Shown here: piece after piece, positions 17,708-25,869 of the stretch | How positions within the stretch are numbered: the stretch's first letter is position 1 | Layout: the number at the start of each line of letters is the position of its first letter | From: Candidatus Moraniibacteriota bacterium | GTDB lineage: Bacteria > Patescibacteriota > Minisyncoccia > Moranbacterales > UBA1568 | Assembly (NCBI GenBank): GCA_016699385.1 | Contig: CP064974.1 | Location: 954,617 to 1,018,616 of the forward strand | DNA: 64,000 bases | Direction: 5' to 3' | Made by a program: the position numbers and the translations under genes | The notes under the pieces: model-generated | What the model was told of the DNA's origin: nothing | Seen by the model: only the letters and a program-made list of their open reading frames with translations | The model's database searches: none

Positions 17708-19087
17708 TTAGAGATTGTGAGGGGGCTGTTTTTCAGAAGAAATTGTTTTTTTACCTGTCTTCGCATGTTCGCTTCGAAAGCCGCAAAAAAACAATTTCTT
17801 CTGAAAAACCGTGCGAAGCGAACATCCCCTTTCCGCAGTGCAATCAAAGAGGGCTTTTCTCTCGGGGAGAATGCCGAGAAAAAATATAATCCAGAATATA
17901 TAGGCGAGACTCATTCTCCAATAGGGCGTGTCGAAGAGTCCATGGATAATGAGTGCGAGCATGATTGCCATGAGCGTCAAGAGAACCGAAGGGTTCTCTG
18001 TTTTCGTATATATTCGAAGGGTGTTTCGAAACCAAAGGATAATGAGAATGCAAAAGGAAATAAGTCCGACAACGCCGCTTCCGAGCCAAAAAGCGAGGAA
18101 AATGTTGTGTGGCTCCGGCACCGACCATTCGAGATAGGGTGGGAAGTATTGTTGATAGACAAGGTAGCAACTTTGGAAATTTCCCGGTCCGACGCCAAAG
18201 ATAGGCGAGTCTATGAGCATTTTCTCGGCGGACTTCCAAATCATAACGCGCGACGCGAATGATGATCGCGAGTCCAGATTGAAGAAATGTTCAAATCGCG
18301 GGGTGTTTCTTTGGGAGAATGCGACCATTGAAATGAAAATTGTGGCGATGCTGAGGACACTTGCGAGTCTTTTGAAGGTTATGCGATGTTGTACAACCTC
18401 AAGCGAGAGTATGGCAATGAAAGTGGCAATCCACGCTGAAAAGGAATGGGCGGAGAAGAGAAGAATAAAAAACATGGCAGTGTATGCAAGCCAGAGAAAT
18501 GTTTTTCGCGTTCGGAAAAAGTACCAAGAGAGAAGAGTCGCTGGTGTGAGAAAGAGTGCGAAAGCGTTTGGAGAATTGAAAATACTTTCGAATCGTCCGT
18601 CATAGGTCATTCCGCTTCCAAAAAGCCACATGAGAAGAGAATATATTCCGAAAGGGAAAAAAGATACCGCGAAAAGAAATATCACATTCTCGCGCGAAAA
18701 ATACCGTTGAGAAGCGAGATATATACTGTATCCAAAGAGGAGAGGAAAGAGAAACCATGATTTGAAAATACCGAGTGATCGGAGAAACGATTCGGATGAA
18801 AGTGGACAGATTGCACTCTCTGAATGCGCGGCAAGAATCGAAGTAATGACGCCTCCAAGAAGCAGGAGAATACCAGTGTTTATTGCGGATGGTGGGAATA
18901 CAAATACGCTCTTTTTTTGAGATTTCTGTGAGAGTGAGGTGTTTTTTGCAAGGAGAATGCTTGTGGCAAAGAATGTGACGGCGAGTTCAATGAAATATAT
19001 TGGTATGCCAAAGAACACAAAGCGCGCACCTTCGAAGGGAAGGAGAAAAAAAAGAGCAATTATATTGAAGAGAAGGAATGTTTGCAT
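17708..19087 (-). CDS. O-antigen ligase / Wzy-like polytopic membrane protein (paralog 1)
   Basis: Multi-TM. YDGRFESIFNSPNAFALFLTPATLL and RVMIWKSAEKMLIDSPIFGVGPGNFQ ... PHNIFLAFWLGSG are typical of the O-antigen ligase (Wzy_C) family. The ORF-track ORF (to 19519) has a 144-codon low-complexity 5' extension overlapping the next gene. The start was trimmed to ATG at 19087 (MQTFLLFN...). Confidence 0.7.
   Translation of the reverse strand: MQTFLLFNIIALFFLLPFEGARFVFFGIPIYFIELAVTFFATSILLAKNTSLSQKSQKKSVFVFPPSAINTGILLLLGGVITSILAAHSESAICPLSSESFLRSLGIFKSWFLFPLLFGYSIYLASQRYFSRENVIFLFAVSFFPFGIYSLLMWLFGSGMTYDGRFESIFNSPNAFALFLTPATLLSWYFFRTRKTFLWLAYTAMFFILLFSAHSFSAWIATFIAILSLEVVQHRITFKRLASVLSIATIFISMVAFSQRNTPRFEHFFNLDSRSSFASRVMIWKSAEKMLIDSPIFGVGPGNFQSCYLVYQQYFPPYLEWSVPEPHNIFLAFWLGSGVVGLISFCILIILWFRNTLRIYTKTENPSVLLTLMAIMLALIIHGLFDTPYWRMSLAYIFWIIFFLGILPERKALFDCTAERGCSLRTVFQKKLFFCGFRSEHAKTGKKTISSEKQPPHNL
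17726..17811. repeat. Copy 1 of a dispersed palindromic repeat element (~85 bp hairpin with a long loop)
   Basis: CTGTTTTTCAGAAGAAATTGTTTTTTT ... AAAAAAACAATTTCTTCTGAAAAAC arms. A related copy at 51311..51416 keeps the pairing through compensatory changes. It overlaps the 3' end of ORF 17708..19087. Confidence 0.7.
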
Positions 19088-19133
19088 GGACTGATAATGG
19101 TTCAGATGGTAAGGGGTGAATTTTGGAAGTATT

Positions 19134-20384
19134 TTACAGTACGAAAGCAATGAGGCTAAGAAAGAGTGGGAGAATATGTACCGAATAGAGCGGTGTTTCG
19201 AAGAGGCTATGAAGAGAGAAGATGAGGAGTGCGCATCCTCCAGCAAAGATGAGTGGGTTATTTCGATATTTCGTGAGTGATCGTGTGAGAGTAATTGAAA
19301 GGAGGAGGAAGAAGAGTATTGCCGATAGTATACCGGTTTCGGCGGCGATATCGAGTAGGGTATTGTGAGCATAGCGCGGTTCACGATAGGTTGCTGAGGG
19401 GAGTACGGTATTGGAATAATTGCCGAGACCGACGCCGACAAATGGGTGTTGCTCAATAATATGTATTGCCTCGCTCCAGATGGCGATCCGACCACTTGTC
19501 GAATGATCAGAGAGATCAAAGGTTGAAATGAGTCGACTGGAGAGCGGATTTGGTGTGGCAGCTATGAGTACAAGGAGAAGTCCCGATATGCTGAAGGCAA
19601 GAATGTGTTTGTGAATGAGCTCTGAAAAGAGTATACCCAAAGCGAAAAGCGCTGTGATGAGGAGAGCAAGGTATCCGCCGCGAGAGAAAGTGAGAATATC
19701 TGCGAGCAGTATGATGAAAGATGCCACTGAAAAGGTTATGCGTGTTTTTGGCTGCGTTGTACAGAAAGCGAGCATGAGTGAAAGTGGAATCGTCATGCCC
19801 CAGAAGAATGAGGCGATATGTGGGTCGGGGAAAAAAGCGCTTGCTCGGAGGAAATTTGTTCCACCAACATTGACCACCATGCTGGAATATTCCGAAACAA
19901 CATCGGAGAAAGTGTGTCCGGAAAACAGTGGAAGAATAGTGCTCTGCCAGAAGAGTATGGCTGGATCGAGGCCGATAATAAACGGAAGAAAAAATTGTGC
20001 GATGCCGACAATACCAGAAATCACTGAACCATACACAAGCACTCGTGCAAATATTTCTCGCGATTTTGCTTCACGGAACACTGAAAAAGCGACGAAGAAA
20101 ATTGGAAAGAACGAGAGGAGAAAGCTGAGTTTGCGCAGTCCCCATGAAAGATTCTCAACAAAGAAGAGAGAAAATGCCAAGAGAAAGAAAACAGAGAGCA
20201 AGAGAAATGCTTCTAATCTTGAGGGGAGTGGTAATGATCGGCGTATGAGTGAATGAATAAACCATAGTCCCGAGAGCCCGATGACGAAGAGTCTGGAGAT
20301 GTGAAGGTCGATGCCCGGCATCGGACTCAGGGCAAATTGAAAGGGAAGCGTCGCAAAGAAGAACAAGAAAAAAAAGCGAGTCAT
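19134..20384 (-). CDS. O-antigen ligase / Wzy-like polytopic membrane protein (paralog 2)
   Basis: LTFSRGGYLALLITALF, SGRIAIWSEAIHIIEQHPFVGVGLGNY and AHNTLLDIAAETG motifs (PF04932-like). 10-12 TM helices. Confidence 0.75.
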   Translation of the reverse strand: MTRFFFLFFFATLPFQFALSPMPGIDLHISRLFVIGLSGLWFIHSLIRRSLPLPSRLEAFLLLSVFFLLAFSLFFVENLSWGLRKLSFLLSFFPIFFVAFSVFREAKSREIFARVLVYGSVISGIVGIAQFFLPFIIGLDPAILFWQSTILPLFSGHTFSDVVSEYSSMVVNVGGTNFLRASAFFPDPHIASFFWGMTIPLSLMLAFCTTQPKTRITFSVASFIILLADILTFSRGGYLALLITALFALGILFSELIHKHILAFSISGLLLVLIAATPNPLSSRLISTFDLSDHSTSGRIAIWSEAIHIIEQHPFVGVGLGNYSNTVLPSATYREPRYAHNTLLDIAAETGILSAILFFLLLSITLTRSLTKYRNNPLIFAGGCALLIFSLHSLFETPLYSVHILPLFLSLIAFVL

Positions 20385-21193
20385 AGGAAGAATATCTTTC
20401 GAAAAATGGCAAGGAGAAATCGTTCGTGTCGTGGGCGATGAAGGGCGAAGTATTGGTCTTGGGAGGTGTAGTACTCGCGCTTTTGTTGCTCTCGGGAATG
20501 CTCCATGCTCCCGCCTCCTCGATGAAGTATGTTCACGCGTGGCGTGAAGACGATTTTCTTGTGGAGCTTTTTTGTGCGAGTGCAGAGATCGACGTCTTCG
20601 TAGTAGAGAAAAAATCGTTCGTCAAAGCCATGGATTTGAAAAAAGAGCGCGCGAGGAATGACGAGTGCAGCACCGCTTACCCATGTGACAGATCGAGACT
20701 TTTTTGTATTCCAGAGTGAGGTGCTTGCCGAAAGTCCGAGGTGGTTTCTGAAGATATTTACGAGTGTGATGTGTTTGCCGGCACTCCATGGTTGAGGCTT
20801 TTCTGGCTCGATGAGGAGCTTCATGCCAACTATGCCAACAGACGGATACTGTTTGAATATACTTGCTATGTCCTGCATGTTTCCTGAAAGAAAACGCGCA
20901 TCGGGATTGAGGAATATAAGTATGTCGCCTTTTGCATATTCGGCGCCGCGATTTGCTGCAAAACCGAAGCCGTGATTTTTGGCGAGGGAGACAAGTGTGA
21001 AGGAGAACCTTTCTTTCAAGGAAAGAAGAACTGATTCTTCGCTCGGGTCATTATTGACGACAATACATTCGTATTCTTTGGGCAGAATGATATTTTGAAA
21101 CGATGAAAAACACGCCGGAAGGAGCGCTGCGCTGTGGTAGTTTACGATAATAAATGAAAACTTCGGCGTCTTCTGTCTCGTATTAGTATCCAT
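20381..21193 (-). CDS. Family-2 glycosyltransferase
   Basis: FSFIIVNYHSAALLPACFSS...VVNNDPSEES...DARFLSGNM...ERFFLYYEDVDL (GT2 DxD and ED motifs). The ORF-track ORF (to 21829) has a ~210-codon spurious extension. Start set at MDTNTRQK, overlapping the upstream gene's stop by 11 nt. Confidence 0.75.
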   Translation of the reverse strand: MDTNTRQKTPKFSFIIVNYHSAALLPACFSSFQNIILPKEYECIVVNNDPSEESVLLSLKERFSFTLVSLAKNHGFGFAANRGAEYAKGDILIFLNPDARFLSGNMQDIASIFKQYPSVGIVGMKLLIEPEKPQPWSAGKHITLVNIFRNHLGLSASTSLWNTKKSRSVTWVSGAALVIPRALFFQIHGFDERFFLYYEDVDLCTRTKKLHKKIVFTPRVNILHRGGGSMEHSREQQKREYYTSQDQYFALHRPRHERFLLAIFRKIFFL

Positions 21194-22052
21194 ATTTCCA
21201 GAAGTCTCTGAAGGCATCGCGTACGGAGAGCGCTGAGACGTCTTTGTTTTTTTTGTGCCGCGCAATGCGGAGTATATTCCAGCATTTTCGCAGAGCAAGA
21301 GCGGTCCAGAAGAAAGGTTGCTCGAGGAGTGGCATATTCTTTCGGAAGAAGAGGAGACCTGAGCGGACAAGCCAATAGGTTTTCTCGGGATTTTTTGCGC
21401 TTTCTTCGGAGTGAGTGATGGTGACTCCTGGATGAACAATAGCAGAGAAGCCGGATTTCTTGGCTCGATAGGAAAGATCAACGTCTTCGTAGTAGAGAAA
21501 AAATCGTTCGTCAAAGAGTCCAACGATTCGGAAAACCGAAGCTTTGATAAGTGGCGCGCACCCGGAGAGGAAGCCGGTTTCAAAGGGCATAGTGTGGCTG
21601 CGCGGTGGTGTGTGAATGGCGCGCATCCGGAGCCAGGATATTTTTCCGCCGCCAAACCAGAGAGATTTGTTTCCTGGCGCTGTGATGAATGGGGATACCA
21701 TCCCGACATCTCCATGACGTTCAAGGACGCTGACGAGAGGGTAAAGTGAATCCTTTGGGATAACGGCGTCTGGATTGATGAGCCAGAGATACTCTGCTCT
21801 TTGGTCGAGAGCGAAGCGGATACCGACATTCATACCGCGTGCGAAGCCAACATTTTCAGAGTTTCTGATGAAGTGCGCTTTCGGATAAGCTTTCTTTGCT
21901 TGTTCAAAGGAGCCGTCTATGGAAGCATTGTCGATGACTACGACACGGAAGAGTGGATAGTTAAGATGAAAAATGGAGCGCAAACAACTAGGGAGTGTGG
22001 CACGCCCATTGTAATTGAGTATCAAGATAAAGACGAGTGGAGATCGGTTCAT
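21183..22052 (-). CDS. Family-2 glycosyltransferase
   Basis: VFILILNYNGRATLPSCLRSI...VVVIDNASIDGS...DERFFLYYEDVDLSYRAKKSGF. A GT2 paralog of the downstream gene. Confidence 0.8.
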   Translation of the reverse strand: MNRSPLVFILILNYNGRATLPSCLRSIFHLNYPLFRVVVIDNASIDGSFEQAKKAYPKAHFIRNSENVGFARGMNVGIRFALDQRAEYLWLINPDAVIPKDSLYPLVSVLERHGDVGMVSPFITAPGNKSLWFGGGKISWLRMRAIHTPPRSHTMPFETGFLSGCAPLIKASVFRIVGLFDERFFLYYEDVDLSYRAKKSGFSAIVHPGVTITHSEESAKNPEKTYWLVRSGLLFFRKNMPLLEQPFFWTALALRKCWNILRIARHKKNKDVSALSVRDAFRDFWKYGY

Positions 22053-23506
22053 ATGAGGGGCGATTTTGTTTCGTTGTTTTCGAGTGCGGAATGTTTGCGG
22101 AAAAGAAGCGGTGCAATTTCATCCATGCCAATGCCTCCAGTTGCCCAGAGAGACACGAGATAGACACATATGCCACCAAGGAGTCGTACAAGAAAGGGAA
22201 AAGAGGCGCAGAAGAAGAGAAAGATACCCAGAATACCGGAAGCAAGCAGTATTCGAAAGAGTCCGCGGGTATCGGGACGATATCCAAGAAAACGAAAAGC
22301 GAGAAAGGCGGTTGCCAGCGCGACGGCACCTTCGGTCGTGAGTGAAACGCTTGCGGCGCCAGCAAAAGAATACTTGGGAATGAGGAAGAGATTGGCGACA
22401 ATATTGAAAGCGGCGACTACAGAAAGGACAGCGAGGAGGCGCTTCTGAAGATTGCCGGCGATGAGTATAGCGTTGAAGAAATTTCCGAAGAATATGGCAG
22501 CGAGCGCGAAGACGAGTATGCGCAGTGGGAGAGCAGCTGCAAGGAAATCGGGACCGCCAATGAGGAGTACGAGTGGTTCAGCGAGGAAAAATCCGCCAAT
22601 AGCGAGTGGCGCAGCAAAGACGACGAATACTTTGAAGGTTTTATCAGCAACGAGACGGAACTTCTCTGGCTCGTGGAAGATGTATCGGGAGAAGAGTGGA
22701 AGAACGAGTCCGGCAATCATGGCAGGGAAGAAGGTGAGGTTCTCGATAATTTTGTAAGCAGCATTGTAGATGCCGACATCGGCGCTTCCTTGGAGTACGG
22801 AGAGGAGTATCGTATCCATTTTGAAATAAGCGAAGGAAACGATGGAAATCATGCCGACAGGGAGGGACTCGCGGAGAAAGCTTTTCCAAAATGAAATATC
22901 AAATGAAAGTCTGAATGAAAGGAGTCTTTGACTCAAGAAGAACAATGCGCCAGCATTGAAGACCATGTAGGCAAGGAGGGCCAAGATAATGGCGCCGAAC
23001 CCCCAATCGAAAGAAACGGCAGCAATAATAATGCTGAGTTGGAGACACTTGCCGAGAAATTCCACGCTTGCCACTTCGAACATGGCGAGACGCTTCTGGA
23101 AAATTCCATTGAGTATGCCGGAAGAGGAAGCGAAGACAAAGGCGATTGCTGCGATGATAATGCCGAGGCGAAGCTCTCGATCATAGGGCAGGAAAGGCAC
23201 AGCGATGAGTGCGAGCCCGAGAATAATCGATGAGCTTACGATGCGGAGTGTAACGACATTGCCGACAATAATTTGTTCGGGCGCGTCCTTTCGGGATATT
23301 TCTCGCGCGAGGAGTGGAGAGAGTCCGAAATCTGCCAGTGCAGCAAAGAGTCCGAAAAAGGCGAGAACGGTCGCATAATTTCCGAAGCCTTCTGTGCCGA
23401 GATAGCGCGTTATAAAGCCAATCGCAACGAGCGCCAAGACCGTCGAAGCGATTTTGGCAACGGAATTGAACACGACATTATAGGCGATGCGTCGAGCGAG
23501 TGGCAT
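22049..23506 (-). CDS. Wzx-type polysaccharide/oligosaccharide flippase (MOP superfamily)
   Basis: 485 aa, ~12-14 TM. N-terminal NVVFNSVAKIASTVLALVAIGFITRYLGTEGFGNYATV is typical of the polysaccharide biosynthesis protein (Wzx) family. It overlaps the next gene by 4 nt. Confidence 0.75.
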   Translation of the reverse strand: MPLARRIAYNVVFNSVAKIASTVLALVAIGFITRYLGTEGFGNYATVLAFFGLFAALADFGLSPLLAREISRKDAPEQIIVGNVVTLRIVSSSIILGLALIAVPFLPYDRELRLGIIIAAIAFVFASSSGILNGIFQKRLAMFEVASVEFLGKCLQLSIIIAAVSFDWGFGAIILALLAYMVFNAGALFFLSQRLLSFRLSFDISFWKSFLRESLPVGMISIVSFAYFKMDTILLSVLQGSADVGIYNAAYKIIENLTFFPAMIAGLVLPLFSRYIFHEPEKFRLVADKTFKVFVVFAAPLAIGGFFLAEPLVLLIGGPDFLAAALPLRILVFALAAIFFGNFFNAILIAGNLQKRLLAVLSVVAAFNIVANLFLIPKYSFAGAASVSLTTEGAVALATAFLAFRFLGYRPDTRGLFRILLASGILGIFLFFCASFPFLVRLLGGICVYLVSLWATGGIGMDEIAPLLFRKHSALENNETKSPLI

Positions 23507-23702
23507 GAGATGGAGTAATGTTTATGCTCTTTACTCTATTGCAAAGTAAACAGAGTTAAGAATCTCGCTAGTCCTGTTTTGCGGTAGGGGGACAGTCACC
23601 ACTTGCTAAGCACAGTCGCTCTTAGGGCGAAGTTCGCAGTGTGCTTTCCATGGACTGACGGAACCTGGACACTCACCTTCGCGGGTGTGACGAATGTAAT
23701 TT

Positions 23703-24179
23703 TCAGAGAGCCTCTTTCGGTTTTACTACGACTTTGCGGTGTTCGCCGGTGCCGGAGCTTTCAGTGGTGACGGTAGGAGAATCGGCAAGCGCCATGTGTA
23801 CGCATTTTCGCTCGAAGGGCGTCATAGGGCGAAAGAGTACGGGAGTTTTTTCTGTCGTTGATTTGAGTTCTGCCTCTTTTGCTTCTGCAAAGAGAGCTTC
23901 GGTTTTTTCTTTCCAGTAGGAATTGACGTCTATTGAAAAATCCGCCCATCCTTCAAGCTTTCGGCGCGCGGATGCACGAGCAATAGTTTGCAGTGCTTCC
24001 AGATTGAGTCCGCGCTGACCAATCAAGAGATTTGAGCCTTCACTGGTGGAGATGTGACACACAAATTCTCCTTGTAGAGGAAATGCTGGCTCTTGAATGT
24101 CCACCTCTGCTGGAAGTGTCATTTTGGTAAGTATATCGCTCACGAGTGTGCGGACGGTTTCTGCTCGTTGGTTATCCAT
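23703..24179 (-). CDS. khpB: Jag/KhpB RNA-binding protein (KH + R3H domains)
   Basis: LIGQRGLNLEALQTIA (KH-like) and MTPFERKCVHMALADSPTVTTESSGTGEHRKVVV (R3H). Sits in the conserved position next to yidC. Confidence 0.8.
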   Translation of the reverse strand: MDNQRAETVRTLVSDILTKMTLPAEVDIQEPAFPLQGEFVCHISTSEGSNLLIGQRGLNLEALQTIARASARRKLEGWADFSIDVNSYWKEKTEALFAEAKEAELKSTTEKTPVLFRPMTPFERKCVHMALADSPTVTTESSGTGEHRKVVVKPKEAL

Positions 24180-24306
24180 AGAAACTTCTCATGTGGTTAT
24201 GAGTCGGCAAGCGACCCTTCCCTCCTGATAGAGAAGATACCATTGTTGAGCCACGATGAAAAGGGTTGAAAGAAAGCGAGTGGATTCAAAAATGCGCGAA
24301 TGCATC

Positions 24307-25098
24307 CTATGCCGACTTGCGAATGAACGTTGGGCGCTTCGGATCGGAGCTTTTCTTAAAGAGATATTGCTGTTGAGCAATCATGAAGAGGGTGGAAACA
24401 AGCCAGTAGAGTGCGAGTCCTGAGGGGAATGTAATACCAAAGAAGAGCGTGAGCCCGGGACCGATATAGAGCATCTGTTTGGTCATGATTTGACTGAAAT
24501 CGGGAGATTCGTCTGGCGCATCCGAATTTTTCGTAGGAGGAGACTTTTTGGGAGATTTTTCTGGACTCTGCTTCTTGTCCATAATCATCTTCATTTGGTA
24601 GTACTGAGCGAGCGCAGTAGTCGCGGCGAGGAGTATGCTCGGCTTTGAGAGATCGAGTATTCCAATGAAGAAGCGATGGATATCTCCCGGATTGGAAACG
24701 AATGTGTAGAGATCTTCGGTTGAAACAACGAAACCGGCATGTGAAATATTAAAGAGGACGCGGTAAATGGCAATGAGGACGACGAGCTGGAGTATGAGCG
24801 GGAGACAACCGGAAAGCGGGTTAATTTTGTTTTCTTTGTAGAACTCCATCATAGCGCGACTTTGTTTCTCGCGATCACCCTTGTGCTTTTTCTGAAGCTC
24901 TTTTATCTTTGGCTGAATATCCTGCATCTTCTTCTGAGACTCGATTTGTTTCTGAGAAAGGGGGAAGAGCGCTGTCTTGAGAAGAATAGTGGCAACGATA
25001 ATGGCGATACCAAAATCTCCCCCGGGAATGGTGTCATAGAGAAAGACGAGCAGGTTGTATATTGGTTGGTAGACGCCGGAATGGAAGAGTGTAGACAT
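24307..25098 (-). CDS. yidC: Membrane protein insertase YidC/Oxa1 (short Gram-positive-type form)
   Basis: IIVATILLKTALFPLSQKQIESQKKMQDIQPKIKELQKKH...INPLSGCLPLILQLVVLIAIYRVL are canonical YidC motifs. It sits upstream of rnpA. Confidence 0.9.
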   Translation of the reverse strand: MSTLFHSGVYQPIYNLLVFLYDTIPGGDFGIAIIVATILLKTALFPLSQKQIESQKKMQDIQPKIKELQKKHKGDREKQSRAMMEFYKENKINPLSGCLPLILQLVVLIAIYRVLFNISHAGFVVSTEDLYTFVSNPGDIHRFFIGILDLSKPSILLAATTALAQYYQMKMIMDKKQSPEKSPKKSPPTKNSDAPDESPDFSQIMTKQMLYIGPGLTLFFGITFPSGLALYWLVSTLFMIAQQQYLFKKSSDPKRPTFIRKSA

Positions 25099-25204
25099 GA
25101 TTCGAGAAAATGAGTTTTAAGATGAAATTTTATTGAAATATTTGGTATCTTTCTGAAGAACAGCGTGGGTAGTATATCTTCTTGACACTTCCTTGAGTGG
25201 ATTT

Positions 25205-25549
25205 TTACGACAAGAGTCGGATGCGATGCAGAAGGAAGTCTATATCGGTAGAAACTGCTTTCAAATCTGGGTTTTCGGGAGTTTTCTTGAGAAAGACGAC
25301 AATGCTATCGTATCCGGGGGTGATATGGGGGAGGTTGGGACGCAGAGCCTCTCGTACGAAGCGCTTGATGCGGTTGCGATCGACGGCGCGAGGCGCGGTC
25401 TTCTTACTGACGATGACGGCAAAGCGGCTTTTTTCGAGTGAATTGGGGAGAGATATGAATGAAAAAAGGCTTCCATAAGCCTTCTTTCCGAGACGAAACA
25501 CTCGACGTATCTCCTGATGATTGGATAATCGGTAGGCTCTCGGTATCAT
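25205..25549 (-). CDS. rnpA: RNase P protein component
   Basis: LSNHQEIRRVFRLGKKAYGSLFSFISL...AVIVSKKTAPRAVDRNRIKRFVREA. Sits in the conserved rpmH-rnpA position. Confidence 0.9.
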   Translation of the reverse strand: MIPRAYRLSNHQEIRRVFRLGKKAYGSLFSFISLPNSLEKSRFAVIVSKKTAPRAVDRNRIKRFVREALRPNLPHITPGYDSIVVFLKKTPENPDLKAVSTDIDFLLHRIRLLS

Positions 25550-25561
25550 AGCACACCGTGG

Positions 25562-25696
25562 TTATACCGTGAGTTTCTTTCGCCCTTTTCGTCTTCGTGC
25601 GACAAGAACCTTGCGTCCACCGACGGTTGCGCTCCGCTTGCGGAAGCCATGTCGACGACTGCGCTTCAGTTTCTTTGGTTGATACGTTCGTTTCAT
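25562..25696 (-). CDS. rpmH: 50S ribosomal protein L34
   Basis: [44 protein letters not shown], the 44-aa L34 consensus. The ORF-track ORF was trimmed to this Met. Confidence 0.9.
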   Translation of the reverse strand: MKRTYQPKKLKRSRRHGFRKRSATVGGRKVLVARRRKGRKKLTV

Positions 25697-25869
25697 AGGA
25701 CACTGTCTGATGCAAAAAGTATTTCGAAGTGTACCAAAAGGGAGAAAAAAGTCAAACGGTCGAATTATCCACAGGTTGTGCACAGCCCTTTTTACAAGGG
25801 ATATCGAAGTGGTGTAGTGTGGAGAAGTGAACAACAATTTCTGTGGAAAAGTGGGGAACGAACCGTGTT
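25697..25869. other. Candidate oriC (rpmH-dnaA intergenic) with DnaA boxes
   Basis: Perfect TTATCCACA at 25765..25773, plus TGTGGAAAA (1 mismatch to TGTGGATAA) at ~25838. Divergent gene orientation flips here. The AT-rich dnaA-dnaN spacer (27433..27513) could hold the unwinding element. Confidence 0.6.

Noticed and set aside
19088-19519. 5' extension of ORF 17708..19519 (the first 144 codons)
   Set aside because: Low-complexity Ser-rich translation that overlaps the upstream ligase gene by 386 nt in another frame. An internal ATG at 19087 gives a clean Wzy-like start 47 nt downstream of the neighbouring gene.
20577-21520. 40-nt direct repeat ATCGACGTCTTCGTAGTAGAGAAAAAATCGTTCGTCAAAG at about 20580 and 21480
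   Set aside because: Both copies lie in frame inside the two paralogous GT2 glycosyltransferase genes and encode the conserved DERFFLYYEDVDL motif. This is paralog conservation, not a mobile or regulatory repeat.
21194-21829. N-terminal 210 codons of ORF 20381..21829, and similarly 44608..44826 of the ruvB ORF and 36713..36904 of the PBP ORF
   Set aside because: Longest-ORF artefacts. They overlap the upstream genes or lack the family's N-terminal features. Homology-consistent internal Met codons were used instead.
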